Shown here: piece after piece, positions 63,353-64,000 of the stretch
Numbering within the stretch: the first letter of the stretch is position 1
Layout: the number at the start of each line of letters is the position of its first letter
Source of the DNA: a virus
Reading direction: 5' to 3' (one strand)
DNA length: 64,000 nucleotides
Virus record (IMG/VR): IMGVR_UViG_3300017978_000368
Span: 704-64,703 of that record
The notes under the pieces: model-generated
Databases searched by the model: none
Seen by the model: the letters and a program-made list of their open reading frames with translations, nothing else
What the model was told of the DNA's origin: nothing
Program-made: the position numbers and the translations under genes

Positions 63353-63543
63353 TCTCCGACTTCGCACGCGTATTGCGCGAGAAATTACGCACCGACATGA
63401 ACAACTACGCCGATGACTTGGCGGGTGGGGCATGCCGCTCTTTTGACGAATACCAAAAACTCTGCGGCCTAATTCAAGGTCTGGCGGTTGCAGAGCGTCA
63501 TCTCCTCGACCTTGTAGAGAAAGTAGAGCAATCAGATGAGTGA
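63349..63543 (+). CDS. Small conserved head-region protein
   Basis: LAGGACRSFDEYQKLCG.IQGL motif; ATGA overlaps. Confidence 0.75.
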   Translation: MISDFARVLREKLRTDMNNYADDLAGGACRSFDEYQKLCGLIQGLAVAERHLLDLVEKVEQSDE

Positions 63544-63970
63544 AATCATTCTGCCACCGGGCATCAGCCTGCCAAAGCACATCCAGCCCATCGAGTCCCC
63601 CGAGGCCGAGGCTGACAACGAAACCAAAGCATCAGCGCTACCAGTGCCCACCGGGTACAAGCTGCTGTGTGTTGTCCCAGAAGTCGACGAAAAGATTGCT
63701 GGCACGACCCTCGACCTTGTTCGAGATGCTGCGACCATGCGAGCCGAAGAACACGCCACCACGGTGCTGTTCGTGCTGCGGGTCGGACCAGACGCGTACA
63801 AAGACACCGCCAAGTTCCCATCAGGTGCATGGTGCAAGGAAGGTGATTTTGTGCTCGTACGTACCTACACCGGTACGCGCTTCAAGATTTTCGGCAAAGA
63901 GTTCCGCATCTTGAACGACGATCAGGTGGAGTGTGTTGTGCAAGACCCACGCGGTTTGACCCGCGCATAA
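63536..63970 (+). CDS. groES: GroES-like co-chaperonin
   Basis: PTGYKLL...VLRVGPDAY...KEGDFVL...GTRFKIFGKEFRILNDDQV matches the GroES C-terminal pattern. Confidence 0.75.
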   Translation: MSEIILPPGISLPKHIQPIESPEAEADNETKASALPVPTGYKLLCVVPEVDEKIAGTTLDLVRDAATMRAEEHATTVLFVLRVGPDAYKDTAKFPSGAWCKEGDFVLVRTYTGTRFKIFGKEFRILNDDQVECVVQDPRGLTRA

Positions 63971-63979
63971 GGAGTAGAA

Positions 63980-64000
63980 ATGGCTGGATACAAGTTCCCA
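63980..64000 (+). CDS. Start of probable scaffolding protein (truncated by window)
   Basis: AAGGAG SD then ATG GCT GGA TAC AAG TTC CCA; synteny. Confidence 0.5.

Noticed and set aside
1-64000. tRNA, tmRNA, rRNA, integrase/att sites, transposases
   Set aside because: No cloverleaf with T-loop/CCA, no tyrosine or serine recombinase motifs and no IS ends recognised by eye; a tRNAscan/ARAGORN run would be needed to exclude fully

Overview
The window is almost the whole genome of a tailed dsDNA phage with podovirus-like organisation: P22/APSE-type portal, head-closure and ejection genes, and no tape-measure or tail-tube/sheath module that I can recognise. It appears circularly permuted. It ends just after terminase, portal and GroES at the first codons of a probable scaffold gene, and begins just downstream of where the major capsid gene would normally lie, so scaffold and capsid genes are missing. 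Plus strand 1-32.4 kb holds virion genes: small basic proteins, adaptors, two tail fibres, an accessory ATP-grasp plus Bug/TctC pair, lysis genes, tail proteins, ejection proteins and a 2410-aa polyvalent protein. Minus strand 32.4-58.3 kb holds replication genes (primase-helicase, SSB, SNF2, exonuclease, PolA, VRR-NUC), a MoxR/vWA module and many small early genes. Plus strand 58.7-64 kb holds packaging genes. I found no integrase, reverse transcriptase, tRNA or CRISPR array. The Bug-like gene and high GC suggest a betaproteobacterial host (inference). The strongest unexplained signals are: six copies of a 17-bp palindrome (GGGAACAC-N-GTGTTCCC) punctuating the early region; a three-helix pseudoknotted RNA candidate at 17-86; a tandem structured element at 44.6 kb; a recurring hydrophobic-x-x-GG motif across virion proteins; and the ATP-grasp/Bug cassette. 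Family assignments come from motif recognition by eye, not database searches.
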